Virus record (IMG/VR): IMGVR_UViG_3300035182_000466
Coordinates: 64,001 to 128,000 of that record
Strand: one strand, 5' to 3'
Source of the DNA: a virus
Length of the DNA stretch: 64,000 bases
A program made the translations under genes and the position numbers. The notes under the pieces are model-generated. The model ran no database searches. It saw only the letters and a list, made by a program, of their open reading frames with translations, and was not told the DNA's origin. Shown one piece after another: positions 1 to 10,020 of this stretch (position 1 is the first letter of the stretch; each line of letters starts with the position of its first letter).

Positions 1-1
1 T

Positions 2-1153
2 TATTTTAAGGTTATAAATGATACCTTAGGACACACTATTGGTGATAAACTTCTAGTTAAAGTTGGTAAAAGAATACAAGAGTGTTTAGAACATGATGAC
101 TTTTTTGCTAGGTTAGGTGGAGATGAATTTGTTATTCTTATCACCCAACCTTTTTCTTATGGAAAATGCAGAGAAATTTGTAATTGTATTTTAAAAATGG
201 TAAAAAGACCATTTCAAATAGAAACACATGAAGTATATATAGGTACATCTATTGGTGTAGCAATATATCCTACTGATGGAACTACTAAAGAAGAACTAAT
301 TAAATGTGCAGATATAGCTATGTATAAAGCAAAAGAACTATCTAGAAATAATGCCTGTTTCTATGACAAGTCTATGAATAAAAAATCAGAAGAGCACTTA
401 TTTATAGAAACGAATTTAAGACAGGCTATGGACAGAAATGAATTATTCATACAATATCAACCCATTCTTGATTTAGAAACTAATACTATAACCTGTGTAG
501 AAGCGTTAGTTAGATGGAAGTCTGACAAATACGGTATTATACCACCAAATAGTTTTATACCAATAGCTGAAAACACTGGGTTAATTTTATCTATCGGAGA
601 GTGGGTGTTAGATAGAGTTTGCAAAGATCTAAATAACCTTTTGGAATATGGATTATCGGTAGTAATGTCTGTAAATCTAAGTCCTAGACAACTTCAACAT
701 ACTGAAATAGTTAAGTCTATAAAGCAAATACTAAATGAAAATAAAATAGATCCAAAATTGATACGTCTAGAACTTACAGAAACTAGTCTAATGTGTCAAA
801 AAGATATAATAAATTTGTTAAAATCTTTGAGGTCTTTGGGTGTAGATTTAGCTATAGATGATTTTGGAACTGGTTATAGTTCATTATCTTATTTAAAGTA
901 TCTTCCAGTATCTACCTTAAAGATTGATAAGTCTTTTATTGATGGAATTCCAGTTGATGTAGACGATACCAGTTTAGTTAAAGGTATAATTGGTTTAGGA
1001 AAAAACTTAGGACTTAAAGTAATTGCAGAAGGTATTGAAAGTCAAAGTCAAAGAACGTGTCTTGAACGATGTGGCTGTGATTCAATACAAGGATACTTAA
1101 TAAGTAGACCAGTTGATTTTGAGGTATTAAAAAACTTTCTTCTAAAAGACTAA
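2..1153 (+). CDS. GGDEF-EAL diguanylate cyclase/phosphodiesterase (5' end outside window)
   Basis: Frame 2 is open from base 2: YFKVINDTLGHTIGDKLL...FARLGGDEF (GGDEF at 116-130), in frame with track ORF 197..1153. That ORF carries the EAL motifs EALVRW, ELTET, DDFGTGYSSLSYL, KIDKSF, AEGIE and QGY. Confidence 0.95.
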   Translation, partial: YFKVINDTLGHTIGDKLLVKVGKRIQECLEHDDFFARLGGDEFVILITQPFSYGKCREICNCILKMVKRPFQIETHEVYIGTSIGVAIYPTDGTTKEELIKCADIAMYKAKELSRNNACFYDKSMNKKSEEHLFIETNLRQAMDRNELFIQYQPILDLETNTITCVEALVRWKSDKYGIIPPNSFIPIAENTGLILSIGEWVLDRVCKDLNNLLEYGLSVVMSVNLSPRQLQHTEIVKSIKQILNENKIDPKLIRLELTETSLMCQKDIINLLKSLRSLGVDLAIDDFGTGYSSLSYLKYLPVSTLKIDKSFIDGIPVDVDDTSLVKGIIGLGKNLGLKVIAEGIESQSQRTCLERCGCDSIQGYLISRPVDFEVLKNFLLKD

Positions 1154-1163
1154 TGAGGGCTGC

Positions 1164-2105
1164 ATGAAAGCAATCTATATAGAAAGTTTACGTCCAGAAG
1201 AAGTTGTTTCTTTTTCTTTATATCTACGTTATGGTAGTAAATATGTTTTATACAAAGCTGAAGGAAATGTCTTTACACAATCAGATAAAGATAGATTAAT
1301 AGAAAATGATACTACACACCTCTTTATTGATGATTTTAAAATATTAGACTATAACACTTATATTAACGAAAATATCTCAAAGATTTTATCTGATACAAAC
1401 ATGGATTCTAAAGTAAAAGGGCAGTTGTTGTATCAAACTTCAGGCTTTTATTTTGAAGAATCATTTTTAGGACACTCAGTTGAAGATGTAGATAGGTATG
1501 AACATCTTGTAGAACACATTATAACTTTTTGGTTATCTGATCCTAATATTGTGGTAAATCTTGCTAATCTTATTAAACATACTAATTATGAATATGGACA
1601 TTCACTTCAAGTTGCTGCATTATCTGTGATACTTGCGGAGGAGTCTTACACTTTATTAAAAGAAGAAGTGCTTGATATAGGTGTAGGAGCTATACTTCAT
1701 GATCTTGGAAAAATGTTTATTCCATCTTCAATTTTAGATAAGCCTACTATTCTTACTGATGCAGAATTAAAGATTATACAAGAGCATCCTATAAAAACAT
1801 ATAATTTATTAAAAGAAAAAGTTTCTCTGGATAAGACGGCTTTAATGATCTTATTGGATCATCATGAGTATTTAGATGGAACAGGTTATCCAAATAAGAA
1901 GAAAGATCAAGATATAGGTAGGAACGCTAGAATAGTTACTATAGCTGATATTTATTGTGCCTTAACTTCCGATCGACCGTATAGACCTGCCTTTACAGAG
2001 AAACAAGCACTATATATAATGCAGCAAGAATTTAAAGGAAAACTAGACTTAAAAATCTTTGAAACGTTGAAAGCGTATGTAAACAAAAAACTAAATAATC
2101 TGTAG
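1164..2105 (+). CDS. HD-GYP cyclic dinucleotide phosphodiesterase
   Basis: Motifs YGHSLQVA, LHDLGK, HHEYLDGTGYP and IADIYCALTSDRPYR. Confidence 0.93.
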   Translation: MKAIYIESLRPEEVVSFSLYLRYGSKYVLYKAEGNVFTQSDKDRLIENDTTHLFIDDFKILDYNTYINENISKILSDTNMDSKVKGQLLYQTSGFYFEESFLGHSVEDVDRYEHLVEHIITFWLSDPNIVVNLANLIKHTNYEYGHSLQVAALSVILAEESYTLLKEEVLDIGVGAILHDLGKMFIPSSILDKPTILTDAELKIIQEHPIKTYNLLKEKVSLDKTALMILLDHHEYLDGTGYPNKKKDQDIGRNARIVTIADIYCALTSDRPYRPAFTEKQALYIMQQEFKGKLDLKIFETLKAYVNKKLNNL

Positions 2106-2133
2106 TAAACCTCTCACTGAAAGGAATCTATCA

Positions 2134-3405
2134 ATGCTTAAGGTATCAATTTTTACTCCCACTCATAATCCTGTACATTTACTAGACATTTGGACAGACT
2201 TAAAAGATCAGCCTTTTTATGAATGGATAATCGTAGCAAATGGAGAAGAGCTAAAGAAACAAAGAGATGAGTTAGGAGAACACTGGATTTCTGGTCTTTT
2301 TCCTATGTCTGAAGATGAGAGAGTGAAAGTTCTATGGTTTGATGGCCCTGCTTACGTAGGGGCTTTAAAGAAGTTTGCTTGTGATAATTGTATCGGAGAC
2401 ATTTATCTTGAATTAGACCACGATGATATTTTACTTGAAGGTGCAGTAGAAAAAGTAATAGTTGCTTTTGAAAATAATCCTGAGGTAGGATTCGTTTATT
2501 CTAACTGTGCTAACTTTAGAGGAGATTTCGAGAAAGCTGAAAGATATGGTGAAGGTAATGGTTGGAGATATAGACCTTTTATTTATAAAGGTAAAGAATT
2601 GGAGGAAACCTTATCTTTTAAAGATACGCCAGCTTCAGTATCCCGTATTTGGTTTTGTCCAAATCATTTAAGAGCATGGAGAGCAGATGTTTATAAAGAA
2701 GTTGGTGGGCATAATCCTAACATGAGAGTATTAGATGATCAAGAGCTTATTAGTAGAACTTATATTCATTCACCTTTTTATCATATTGATGAGTGTTTAT
2801 ACTTGTACAGAATTGGTGAAAAGAATACATGGTTAGAGCATAATAAAGAAATTCAAGATAATGTATTACCTATTCATTCTAGATTCATCCAAGACATAGC
2901 TGTTTCTTGGAGTAAACGGAACAGTTTGAAAGCAATAGACTTAGGTGGTCGTTTTCATAATAAAGAAGGTATAATAAGTGTAGATCTTAAAGACGCTGAA
3001 GTAAATTGTGATCTAAATGAAACCTGGCCTTTTGAAGATAACTCCGTTGGATGCATAATTGCAAATGATATTGTGGAGCATCTTAAAAATCCTATTCATT
3101 TTATGAAAGAAGCTCATAGAGTATTAGTAGATAATGGAATGTTACTGATCTCTGTTCCTAGCACTGATGGACGTGGAGCTTTTCAAGATCCAACTCATAT
3201 AAGTTTTTGGAATGAAAATAGCTTTTGGTATTATACTCGTGCAACACAAGCTCGTTATATTGATACTCCAGTTCGTTTCCAAGAAGTATACTTAACAACT
3301 TATTTTCCAAATCAATGGTATAAAGATAATAATATCTGTTATACTCTGGCACATTTGTGTGCTTTAAAATCTAACTTTCGTAGACCAGGTCTTATCCTTA
3401 TTTAA
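2134..3405 (+). CDS. GT2 glycosyltransferase fused to C-terminal class I SAM methyltransferase-like domain
   Basis: N-terminus: KVSIFTPTHN, ELDHDD (DxD-like), VGGHNP..LDDQEL. C-terminus: IDLGG, WPFEDNSV, DIVEHL, EAHRVL..GMLLISVP, QDPTH. Confidence 0.85.
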   Translation: MLKVSIFTPTHNPVHLLDIWTDLKDQPFYEWIIVANGEELKKQRDELGEHWISGLFPMSEDERVKVLWFDGPAYVGALKKFACDNCIGDIYLELDHDDILLEGAVEKVIVAFENNPEVGFVYSNCANFRGDFEKAERYGEGNGWRYRPFIYKGKELEETLSFKDTPASVSRIWFCPNHLRAWRADVYKEVGGHNPNMRVLDDQELISRTYIHSPFYHIDECLYLYRIGEKNTWLEHNKEIQDNVLPIHSRFIQDIAVSWSKRNSLKAIDLGGRFHNKEGIISVDLKDAEVNCDLNETWPFEDNSVGCIIANDIVEHLKNPIHFMKEAHRVLVDNGMLLISVPSTDGRGAFQDPTHISFWNENSFWYYTRATQARYIDTPVRFQEVYLTTYFPNQWYKDNNICYTLAHLCALKSNFRRPGLILI

Positions 3406-3433
3406 CTAATATTTTGGCATGAGGTGTTGCAGA

Positions 3434-3862
3434 ATGAAAATAACTAAATTTAAAGTTCAATCTGGTGCAAGAGGTAGATCTATTGATACTCCCATAAGAT
3501 TTCCTTCTGCAACACAGCCAAGCCTATTAACTGCACCAGATACTAGAATAACAATAAAAGATGCTTCTGGTGAGATAGACCTAGATGAGAAGACCAAACT
3601 AGAAGACGCCAAAAAATCTATAAGATTCGGTGGTAAAGTGTTATCTAATAGTTCAAGTCCTATTCAAATAACAACTAAAGGTAGCATGGGTTATGACGGA
3701 CCTTTCTTTTTTATAGCAGTATTTCCTGATGGTAAACGTTACAAGTATTGGTTTGATAGTCAATTCAAAAGAGATGATGCTGTAAAAGCTAGATTTAATA
3801 TTGGAAAGTTTGTAAATCTGGTTAAGAATACTTCGTATCAGTATGAAAGGTTACAGCAATGA
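3434..3862 (+). CDS. hypothetical protein
   Basis: Track ORF 3419..3862. GAGGTG RBS at 3421-3426 favours the ATG at 3434 (MKITKFKV). Confidence 0.7.
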   Translation: MKITKFKVQSGARGRSIDTPIRFPSATQPSLLTAPDTRITIKDASGEIDLDEKTKLEDAKKSIRFGGKVLSNSSSPIQITTKGSMGYDGPFFFIAVFPDGKRYKYWFDSQFKRDDAVKARFNIGKFVNLVKNTSYQYERLQQ

Positions 3863-4209
3863 AGATAAAAAAAGTAACCCTCTCAGATAGTAGACTGTCT
3901 TATAATGAGTCTGGAGAGTCTACTACTTTCATGATAAGAGACAAACATTATCTTGAGGAAGACGAAGATAAAGATACAGTATTATCTATGTATGAAGACC
4001 AATGTAGAAAGCAACCAAAAGATATAGACATAGAGTATGTAAAAAATGATGTTTCTAAGAATGATATTATCATAGAGACAAAAAAATCTGACTGTAAAAA
4101 ATATGATAATAAGTTTAAAGGTTTTAAAAGTAAAGAAAGTAATATTTCATGGAGAACAAATGATGTACCTACAGAATCTTTAGGTCCTAAAAGCAAAATA
4201 TTACTATAA
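3859..4209 (+). CDS. hypothetical protein
   Basis: ATGA overlap with the upstream gene; 116 aa. Confidence 0.7.
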   Translation: MKIKKVTLSDSRLSYNESGESTTFMIRDKHYLEEDEDKDTVLSMYEDQCRKQPKDIDIEYVKNDVSKNDIIIETKKSDCKKYDNKFKGFKSKESNISWRTNDVPTESLGPKSKILL

Positions 4210-4219
4210 GGATATAACA

Positions 4220-4522
4220 ATGGATCTTCAAATTAAAGTTGCTCTTATTACTGGGTTCTTTACACTATCTTCAGCTATAATAACAGCTACGATTGCAGCA
4301 CTTATAAGTAGACGTTGGTTAAACCAAGAAAAACTAAAAGAACAATTAGAGACAGCTAAAAAAGATATAGAGTTTCTCTTATTACTAGAAGATAAATTAT
4401 ATGAAGACCTACAAGTATTACAAAATATGAAAGGTTCACCTAAACTAAAATATAGAGCCTTAATGTTTAGACGTGGTTATAAATTTAGTGGAAAATTTAC
4501 TTTGAGTAGGGTGAGAACATGA
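4220..4522 (+). CDS. small membrane-anchored coiled-coil protein
   Basis: Hydrophobic N-terminal helix (VALITGFFTLSSAIITATIAALI) followed by a heptad-like charged region. Confidence 0.7.
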   Translation: MDLQIKVALITGFFTLSSAIITATIAALISRRWLNQEKLKEQLETAKKDIEFLLLLEDKLYEDLQVLQNMKGSPKLKYRALMFRRGYKFSGKFTLSRVRT

Positions 4523-6120
4523 AATGGACCGAAAAAGTAATAGAGTATAAGAAAGAACAATATCCAAAAGACGAAGTCTTAAGGTATATAAAATCTATCT
4601 TTACTAAAAGAAAAATAAAATGGGAACAACGTCATCTACAACAATTTGAGACTGCTTGGAAAACTAAGGTTCAAATAAACCCAACTGTAGAAGATATTGT
4701 TCCTGAAGTTGATTTACCTGCGTCCATGCTAAAGCTAACACCACTACAAAAGAAACAACTTATAAACGTCTTTAAAAACTTAAATAATAATGAGTTAAAA
4801 CGAAGAAAGAAGTTATTAGATATAGCTTTGAATCTAGCAGTTCATAGAAACAAAAAGAAAGATGTAGATAATTTTTCAGTTATAAGTGATATTATTTTTG
4901 AATCTCGTATGGTTAAAAAACAGAAGATAGAATCTGCAGGTTATAATAATAAGCCTAGTATAAAGTGCAAACGAGTTGATATTTTAAAAGTATCTAAATC
5001 TGAATTAGATGAACTACGTGCATCCATTTTAAAAGACGGTTATATTTTTGTAAAAGATGTAGATGATTTTTATGTTTATAAAGTGTCATGCGATGGTGAG
5101 AATGGTATAGGTGTAGGACCAGTGGAAGGAAAAGTTGTACTTTCTAACTTAAAGAAATGTGACTCTTTCCATACAGACGATGTTAATGTAACTTTTGATG
5201 ATAACTATGACAAGGTATTACGGGATTCTCTTAAAAGAAGAAAGAAAGAATTATCTGGAATATCTCCTATCCTGTATCATTTAACAGAACCACATAAATT
5301 GTTATCTATGTTAGAAGATAACAGAATCCATATGACTTCTAATATAGGAACAAGATCAGATATAATTGGAAATAAGAAAAAGTTTAAACCTTATTATTTT
5401 TCAATGAGTAGAGTAAAATATGGTGGCTTTAATCGTTCTTTTGGTAAAGACACTAGTGTTGCAAATTTAGTACTTGATGGACAAAAATTATCATATAAAT
5501 ATGAAGGTATGCCAGTAGATTATTGGGGTCCAGAATATAGAAAAGGAAATGATTTAGATCAAAGACTAAGAAATGATGAGAATGAAGATAGGATAATTTC
5601 GCCAGATCCATATATAGAACCTTTAAACAAATATGTAAAAGAAATTCATCTTTTCGCAGATTCAAAAGCAAGAGAGTATTATAAAACTGGTGAATATACC
5701 GAAGAAGGTTATGAAAAACATCGCCAGATACAAAAAATTGCAGCATTAGCTAAATCGTTAAAAATACCATTCTATGTTTATATAGATTATGAACCATTTA
5801 AACTATTAGATAAAAGGAGAGCATTACCTAACGAAAGAATAATTAGATCTACAGAATTGGATGAATTACTTGAAGTATTCACTAAAAAGTATGAAGATTT
5901 ATCTGATTCTGCTAGAGAACGTGTATATAGATGCTACATTAGTCCAGATGAGAATAGATCAATAATTGGTAATGTTTTCCATAATGCTAAATTTGGCTCA
6001 AAGTCTGAAAAGTTGCAAATAGACGAAGTTATTGTCTATATGAGAAAGAATAAACTTCATTCAATAACAGATTTAGTATCATTTTTAGGTAAGATTTATA
6101 AAGAAAACAAAGATCTGTAG
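4519..6120 (+). CDS. hypothetical protein with possible ADP-ribosyltransferase-like C-terminal domain
   Basis: 533 aa; LYHLT...YFSMSR...DENEDRI resembles the H / S-x-S / E-x-E arrangement of ART folds (inference). Confidence 0.55.
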   Translation: MKWTEKVIEYKKEQYPKDEVLRYIKSIFTKRKIKWEQRHLQQFETAWKTKVQINPTVEDIVPEVDLPASMLKLTPLQKKQLINVFKNLNNNELKRRKKLLDIALNLAVHRNKKKDVDNFSVISDIIFESRMVKKQKIESAGYNNKPSIKCKRVDILKVSKSELDELRASILKDGYIFVKDVDDFYVYKVSCDGENGIGVGPVEGKVVLSNLKKCDSFHTDDVNVTFDDNYDKVLRDSLKRRKKELSGISPILYHLTEPHKLLSMLEDNRIHMTSNIGTRSDIIGNKKKFKPYYFSMSRVKYGGFNRSFGKDTSVANLVLDGQKLSYKYEGMPVDYWGPEYRKGNDLDQRLRNDENEDRIISPDPYIEPLNKYVKEIHLFADSKAREYYKTGEYTEEGYEKHRQIQKIAALAKSLKIPFYVYIDYEPFKLLDKRRALPNERIIRSTELDELLEVFTKKYEDLSDSARERVYRCYISPDENRSIIGNVFHNAKFGSKSEKLQIDEVIVYMRKNKLHSITDLVSFLGKIYKENKDL

Positions 6121-6248
6121 TATAATGGATTTTGAAGAATGTAATTTATATTAACGATATAATCAATATGGAAAAAATAAAAAAACTCTTTAAACTGTTA
6201 GAAGTAGCAGTAAACACTAGAAGTGTTATCAAACGAAAGGAGAATCAA

Positions 6249-7973
6249 ATGGCAAGAAAGCTAAGATTCAAAGGTGTAGCAACCGTAGGTAAGAACCTTA
6301 AAACTGCTACTGCGGCATTTCTTAAAGTCATTATCGGTAATAACAGAAAGATGATTGTATCATCTGACCGTTCCGTTTATGCTGTTAATGCAATGCCTTC
6401 AGTAAAGTTTTGGGATCCAAAAAAAGGTGTAAGTCATGCAGGAGTTTTAGCCAAAGACTTTAATTTAACATTAGCGTCTGATGGTAATCCTGGTGATACA
6501 TTAAAAGCCTATACGGTTGTATGCTCCGGTTGTAAAGAAGTTATTTTGACTGAGTCTAAACTGAAACATTGTATCCTTTGTGCTTCTGAAATTGAAGACT
6601 CTGAATATGAAGATGTTGAGTTAGACTTACCTCCTACTGAAGAAATTGAAGATGCTACTAATGGGGATTTCCTTGAAGATGATGATGATGATGAAGAAAT
6701 AGAAGACGAAGATGGTGATGATCTTGAAGATTCAGATGATGACGAAGAAATAGAAGACGAAGATGGTGATGATCTTGAAGATTCAGATGATGACGATGAT
6801 GCAGAAGTAGAAGAAGATGGGGATTTCCTTGAAGATGATGATGATGAAGAAGTAGAAGAAGATGGGGATTTCCTTGAAGATGATGACGAAGATGACATCG
6901 AAGTAGGCGATGAACTTGAAGATGATGACGACTCAGACGTTGAAAATACCGATGAAGATGACCTAGAATTAGGTGATGATCTTGAAGATTCAGATGATAA
7001 TGATGAAGAAGTAGAAGACGAAGATGGTGATGAACTTGAAGATGAAGATTGCGTTGATGATGCTGACTGTGAAGATCAAATCGGTGATGAGATTGATGAA
7101 GAAGAAGAGCAAGTTGATGAAGATGATGAGCAGGGCGACCTGTTTATTGAAGATGATGGCTCAATAAATATCGATCTTGTTGATGGTGCTGAGTTAGAAG
7201 ACACTGATGAAACAGACGTAGAGTATTCTGCTTCTATCAAAGGTGAAAAGCGCTGGATTGTAAATGTTAATGGACTACCTGTAGCTCATTTAACTGAGAC
7301 AGCATCCGGTACAAACAAAGACATCTTCCATACCGAGAAATTCGGTAAAGTAATTAGTCAAGTAGTTGCTTCCGAAGGTTTAAAAGGTCTGAAGAAACTT
7401 GGATTCCAGTCAATCATAATTGCAGCTCCTATTAAGAGTCTTATTAACACTGCAGTACAGACTGAGATTTCAAAGCATGAGACTGAGGTAAGTAAGCAAC
7501 TCAAGTCTTTAGTTTCTGATTTCCAAACAACCTTAGGAATGGCTTCGGTTGGTATTAATCGTGGCTTCTTCTCTGATGCGGTTAACCCATTAAAAGTAAG
7601 AATGTGGGAAGAACTATCATCTTTAGGTATTCCACAACCACACAGACTTATTGACAGAGTATTTAAAGAAACCGCAGAAGATTTCTGTAAGATTCTGATT
7701 GAAAAAGCTTCAGAGCTTTATGCAAAGCCTGTTGAAGTTCGTGCAGAGCTTTCAAAAGCTATTATAGGAAGTAATTTCATTTCTGCTTCAGAAGAAGAAG
7801 ATGAAGAAGAAGTTGAAACTGTAGATGATAATGGATTGGAAGAATCAATTGCAAATAGAATCGAAGCTTCTTCAATTCCATTTGGAACTCGTTCAATAGT
7901 TGAAGCTGCGTCCACAACCGTTAAGGAAGATGCATTTACATCCAAATTAAAGACTGCTTTCAGCAGCTTATAA
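6249..7973 (+). CDS. highly acidic putative prohead scaffold/core protein
   Basis: AAGGAG RBS just upstream of ATG 6249 (MARKLRFKG). CxxC..CxxC pair, then a ~200-aa D/E tract; two genes upstream of the capsid gene. Confidence 0.65.
   Translation: MARKLRFKGVATVGKNLKTATAAFLKVIIGNNRKMIVSSDRSVYAVNAMPSVKFWDPKKGVSHAGVLAKDFNLTLASDGNPGDTLKAYTVVCSGCKEVILTESKLKHCILCASEIEDSEYEDVELDLPPTEEIEDATNGDFLEDDDDDEEIEDEDGDDLEDSDDDEEIEDEDGDDLEDSDDDDDAEVEEDGDFLEDDDDEEVEEDGDFLEDDDEDDIEVGDELEDDDDSDVENTDEDDLELGDDLEDSDDNDEEVEDEDGDELEDEDCVDDADCEDQIGDEIDEEEEQVDEDDEQGDLFIEDDGSINIDLVDGAELEDTDETDVEYSASIKGEKRWIVNVNGLPVAHLTETASGTNKDIFHTEKFGKVISQVVASEGLKGLKKLGFQSIIIAAPIKSLINTAVQTEISKHETEVSKQLKSLVSDFQTTLGMASVGINRGFFSDAVNPLKVRMWEELSSLGIPQPHRLIDRVFKETAEDFCKILIEKASELYAKPVEVRAELSKAIIGSNFISASEEEDEEEVETVDDNGLEESIANRIEASSIPFGTRSIVEAASTTVKEDAFTSKLKTAFSSL
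6693..6794 (+). repeat. 51-bp tandem duplication (EEIEDEDGDDLEDSDDD x2) within the acidic tract
   Basis: 6693-6743 equals 6744-6794. Further EVEEDGDFLEDDD duplicates follow. Confidence 0.85.
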
Positions 7974-8000
7974 TCTAATTCAAGAAAGGAATTTAAAACA

Positions 8001-8735
8001 ATGCTTAAACTTCAAAAAACCCGTATTATGAAATCCTTTCATCGTAACGTAGCTACTGGCTATGATATTAAGAATGAAGGGGTTGCACTCGTTTATGTAA
8101 ATGAGAATGGTGAAGGTAAAGTTAAACCTTCATCTGGAGCACCTAATGAGAAGTTTGCTGGTGTTTCTTTATCTCAAGTACAAGTTCCTACCCAACTTAC
8201 TGGTGTAGAAAACTTCCTAGTTGCTGGTACTACCACAATTAAATTAGCTCGTACTAATTTAGTAGCTGGTCAGATCACTGTTAAATCTGGTAATACTACT
8301 TTAGTACTTGCTGCCAATGCCGCTGCTGGTCAATTCGCTGTTAATACTTTAATTGGCGAAGTTACCATTGACTCTTCAAACGCTGGTACTGCTATTTCTC
8401 CAGTAGAAATTTCTGTTGTTTATAAGTATGTACCTTCTGTTCAAGAAGCAATCAATGCTCAAGGCTATGGCCCAGCAGGTGGCATCCATTCAGCTTCTTA
8501 CTATTCAGTAGTTGGTGTTATTACTGAAGGCGACGTCTCTACTGATCAATTCGATGTAACCGATGATTGGTCTGCAACTACTGGTCCTGTTTATCTTGGT
8601 CCTAATGGTTTATTTACTCTTAAAGCTGGTGGTACTGAGCTAAAGGGTTGTAACATTATTGGAGCTCCCTCTGCTCCTAATGGCTCCTTCTTTGGTGCTT
8701 TTATCACCCTTAACTTTGGTCCTTACAGCGGCTAA
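8001..8735 (+). CDS. putative head decoration/structural protein
   Basis: Gly/Val/Thr-rich 244 aa, strong RBS, codon usage of a highly expressed gene, immediately upstream of the capsid gene. Confidence 0.6.
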   Translation: MLKLQKTRIMKSFHRNVATGYDIKNEGVALVYVNENGEGKVKPSSGAPNEKFAGVSLSQVQVPTQLTGVENFLVAGTTTIKLARTNLVAGQITVKSGNTTLVLAANAAAGQFAVNTLIGEVTIDSSNAGTAISPVEISVVYKYVPSVQEAINAQGYGPAGGIHSASYYSVVGVITEGDVSTDQFDVTDDWSATTGPVYLGPNGLFTLKAGGTELKGCNIIGAPSAPNGSFFGAFITLNFGPYSG

Positions 8736-8793
8736 TCGCATAATAAACTAAACTACTACTTTAAAAATAAACAGGAAAAGGAGAATTAAACAA

Positions 8794-9894
8794 ATGTCTA
8801 AGGCAAAACACAATCCTTATGCTGGTGTAAAGTTTACACTCGCTTCTGGCGCTGAAATTACTGATCTTCGTCTCGGTAAATCCGCTGAGCCTGCATTAGC
8901 AAGTAATGGCGAAATTAATGCACATAGCCAAAAGGAACTTCTCTCTAAGATTTCCGAACTGGTTACTGCTTCTTCTAAAGGTGAGATTGTTCGCCAAGCT
9001 CCTGAGAAAGATCGTCGTCTTCATCGTGAAGTTTTAGCTGCTGCTTTTACTGATAAGTCTGGTTCTAAGTGGAATCAGTTAGGTGTTGCACTAGCTGCCA
9101 AGATTGAAGAAGCTGCTTACCGTGAAGGTTTCATGCGTAACCTGATGATTGAAGAGCAACTTAATCAAGGTGAAATCCCACGTTGTCGTATGCGTGTAAA
9201 TAACGTAGTTGCTATGATTGCAACTTCTGTTGCTGATGTTGTACCTCAGCTTGTTCGTGAGCGTATTTTTTATCCACCTGAGTTTTATATCAATGCAAAC
9301 GTAGAAGTTGAAAACCGTGACATTGATCAAATCTCTTCTGACATTCTGGATGAAAAGTACACCGAAGGTTTACAGAACATCATGGTTCAAGAAGACCTGG
9401 TTTGGAAGCGTCTTGCAGATGGTACTGTTGGTTCCGCTAACAACATTACTTATATTGCTGGTCAGCTCACTCCTACAACTTTGAGCACCTTACGTAACAA
9501 CGTAGCTCATTGGAAAATTCCTGCAACTACTTGTTTATTAGCTCAAGATTACTGGAATGACATCGTTGGAAACAGCGAATTCCAATCAATGCTTGATCCT
9601 GTCAGCAAGTATGACCTGGTTCTGAATGGTGAACTCGGTATTATCTTAGGCCTCCGTGTTGTTACAGATGGCTACCGTGCACCTGAGCTTCAGGTTCTTA
9701 ATCCAGGTGAGATTTATGTTGTTGGTGCAGCAGCTAACCATGGTCAGTATACAACCCGTGGTGGTGTAGAGTCAACCCCAATTGATGGTGCATTACAAAG
9801 CCGTAACAGCAAAGGTTGGTTCCTTGCAGAGAACATCAGCTCCATTATCACCAATGCTCGTTCCGTAGCAAAAGGTATGAAAATTGGTATGTAA
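8794..9894 (+). CDS. major capsid protein
   Basis: 366 aa, strongly biased codons (CGT, GGT, GCT), AGGAG RBS. Capsid-like segments (GELGIILGLRVVTD, PGEIYVVG, ITNARSVA); followed by a strong terminator. Confidence 0.8.
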   Translation: MSKAKHNPYAGVKFTLASGAEITDLRLGKSAEPALASNGEINAHSQKELLSKISELVTASSKGEIVRQAPEKDRRLHREVLAAAFTDKSGSKWNQLGVALAAKIEEAAYREGFMRNLMIEEQLNQGEIPRCRMRVNNVVAMIATSVADVVPQLVRERIFYPPEFYINANVEVENRDIDQISSDILDEKYTEGLQNIMVQEDLVWKRLADGTVGSANNITYIAGQLTPTTLSTLRNNVAHWKIPATTCLLAQDYWNDIVGNSEFQSMLDPVSKYDLVLNGELGIILGLRVVTDGYRAPELQVLNPGEIYVVGAAANHGQYTTRGGVESTPIDGALQSRNSKGWFLAENISSIITNARSVAKGMKIGM

Positions 9895-9927
9895 CAAATA
9901 GTAGGAACAAAACAAGGATGTATAGAG

Positions 9928-9961
9928 AAAGGGGAGAGGACATTATTCTCTCCCCTTTTTT
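9928..9961 (+). terminator. Rho-independent terminator after the capsid gene
   Basis: AAAGGGGAGAG-gacattatt-CTCTCCCCTTT hairpin running into a T tract. Confidence 0.9.
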
Positions 9962-10020
9962 AATGGCAAAATTATATGTAATTTATAATAACAAATATAT
10001 ATAAGATGAGGTGAAGAAGC

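Noticed and set aside
6509-6898. Minus-strand Ser-rich ORF and the other short minus-strand ORFs in the track
   Set aside because: They lie antisense within long + strand genes and simply mirror them (GAA/GAT repeats read as Ser); I saw no independent evidence of expression.
6660-7130. CRISPR-like repeat array
   Set aside because: The repeats are in-frame coding D/E tracts without unique spacers; no cas genes.
9816-10004. 62-aa + strand ORF overlapping the capsid gene end
   Set aside because: It runs through the strong terminator hairpin and has no convincing RBS or slippery site.
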